The notes under the pieces: model-generated | Database searches by the model: none | Told to the model about the DNA's origin: nothing | The model's input: the letters and a program-made list of their open reading frames with translations, nothing else | Part shown: positions 63,787-64,000 of the stretch, piece after piece | How the letters are laid out: each line of letters begins with the position of its first letter | How positions within the stretch are numbered: the stretch's first letter is position 1 | Source: the human T2T-CHM13v2.0 reference genome, Homo sapiens | Direction: 5' to 3' (one strand) | NCBI RefSeq assembly: GCF_009914755.1 | Contig: NC_060926.1 | Length of the DNA stretch: 64,000 bases | Made by a program: the position numbers and the translations under genes

Positions 63787-63813
63787 GAAGAAGAAGAAGA
63801 AGAAGAAGAAGAA
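63787..63813 (+). repeat. (GAA)9 trinucleotide repeat abutting a ~50-nt Alu 5' fragment (63729-63779)
   Basis: Perfect GAA run after GGCTGGGCTTGGTGGCTCATGCCTGTAATCC...GAGGCTAAG. Confidence 0.92.
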
Positions 63814-64000
63814 GGAGAAAAATAATAAAATGTTTATTTGACTAATCTACTTTCTCCCCCACCATGTTTTTCCTCTTTTCACCTCAAAGACCTATCAGTT
63901 TTCACTGTTTCTTGTTACCCAGCTTTGCCGCTGTTCTTTTTGGTAAGGAGTGAAATATTTTTTCCAACTGTTCATGCAGCAGGCAAACTTGTCTTACTTC

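Overview
This is primate, almost certainly human, genomic DNA: repeat-rich, CpG-depleted and carrying more than 50 Alu elements. It is not prokaryotic, so no CRISPR, rRNA or tRNA features are present. The only host-gene coding sequence I can support is the terminal coding exon of COMMD1 (+ strand, 18058-18168), which the ORF track misses. Bases 1-18057 are therefore the 3' end of its last intron, and the rest is downstream intergenic DNA (2p15, toward B3GNT2, from memory). A full-length processed RPSA retrocopy with a 261-codon ORF lies inside a Tigger3 DNA transposon, which itself lies inside an old L1. Most other ORF-track entries are Alu or L1 translation artefacts. I found no new multi-gene system. 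The most notable signals are: (1) an LTR10 solo LTR with apparent APOBEC3-type G-to-A hypermutation that has erased most AP-1 sites in its 28-bp VNTR; (2) the near-intact RPSA retrocopy truncated by an 8-nt microhomology deletion; (3) a three-armed Alu made by a near-perfect 134-bp duplication; (4) a 33-bp TGATCA-rich minisatellite born in an L2 tail; (5) a twin-primed, 5'-inverted L1 with nested Alus; and (6) a compact liver-type transcription-factor motif cluster in the COMMD1 intron. Repeat subfamily names come from recalled consensus sequences. Repeat boundaries are approximate unless TSDs or termini are quoted.
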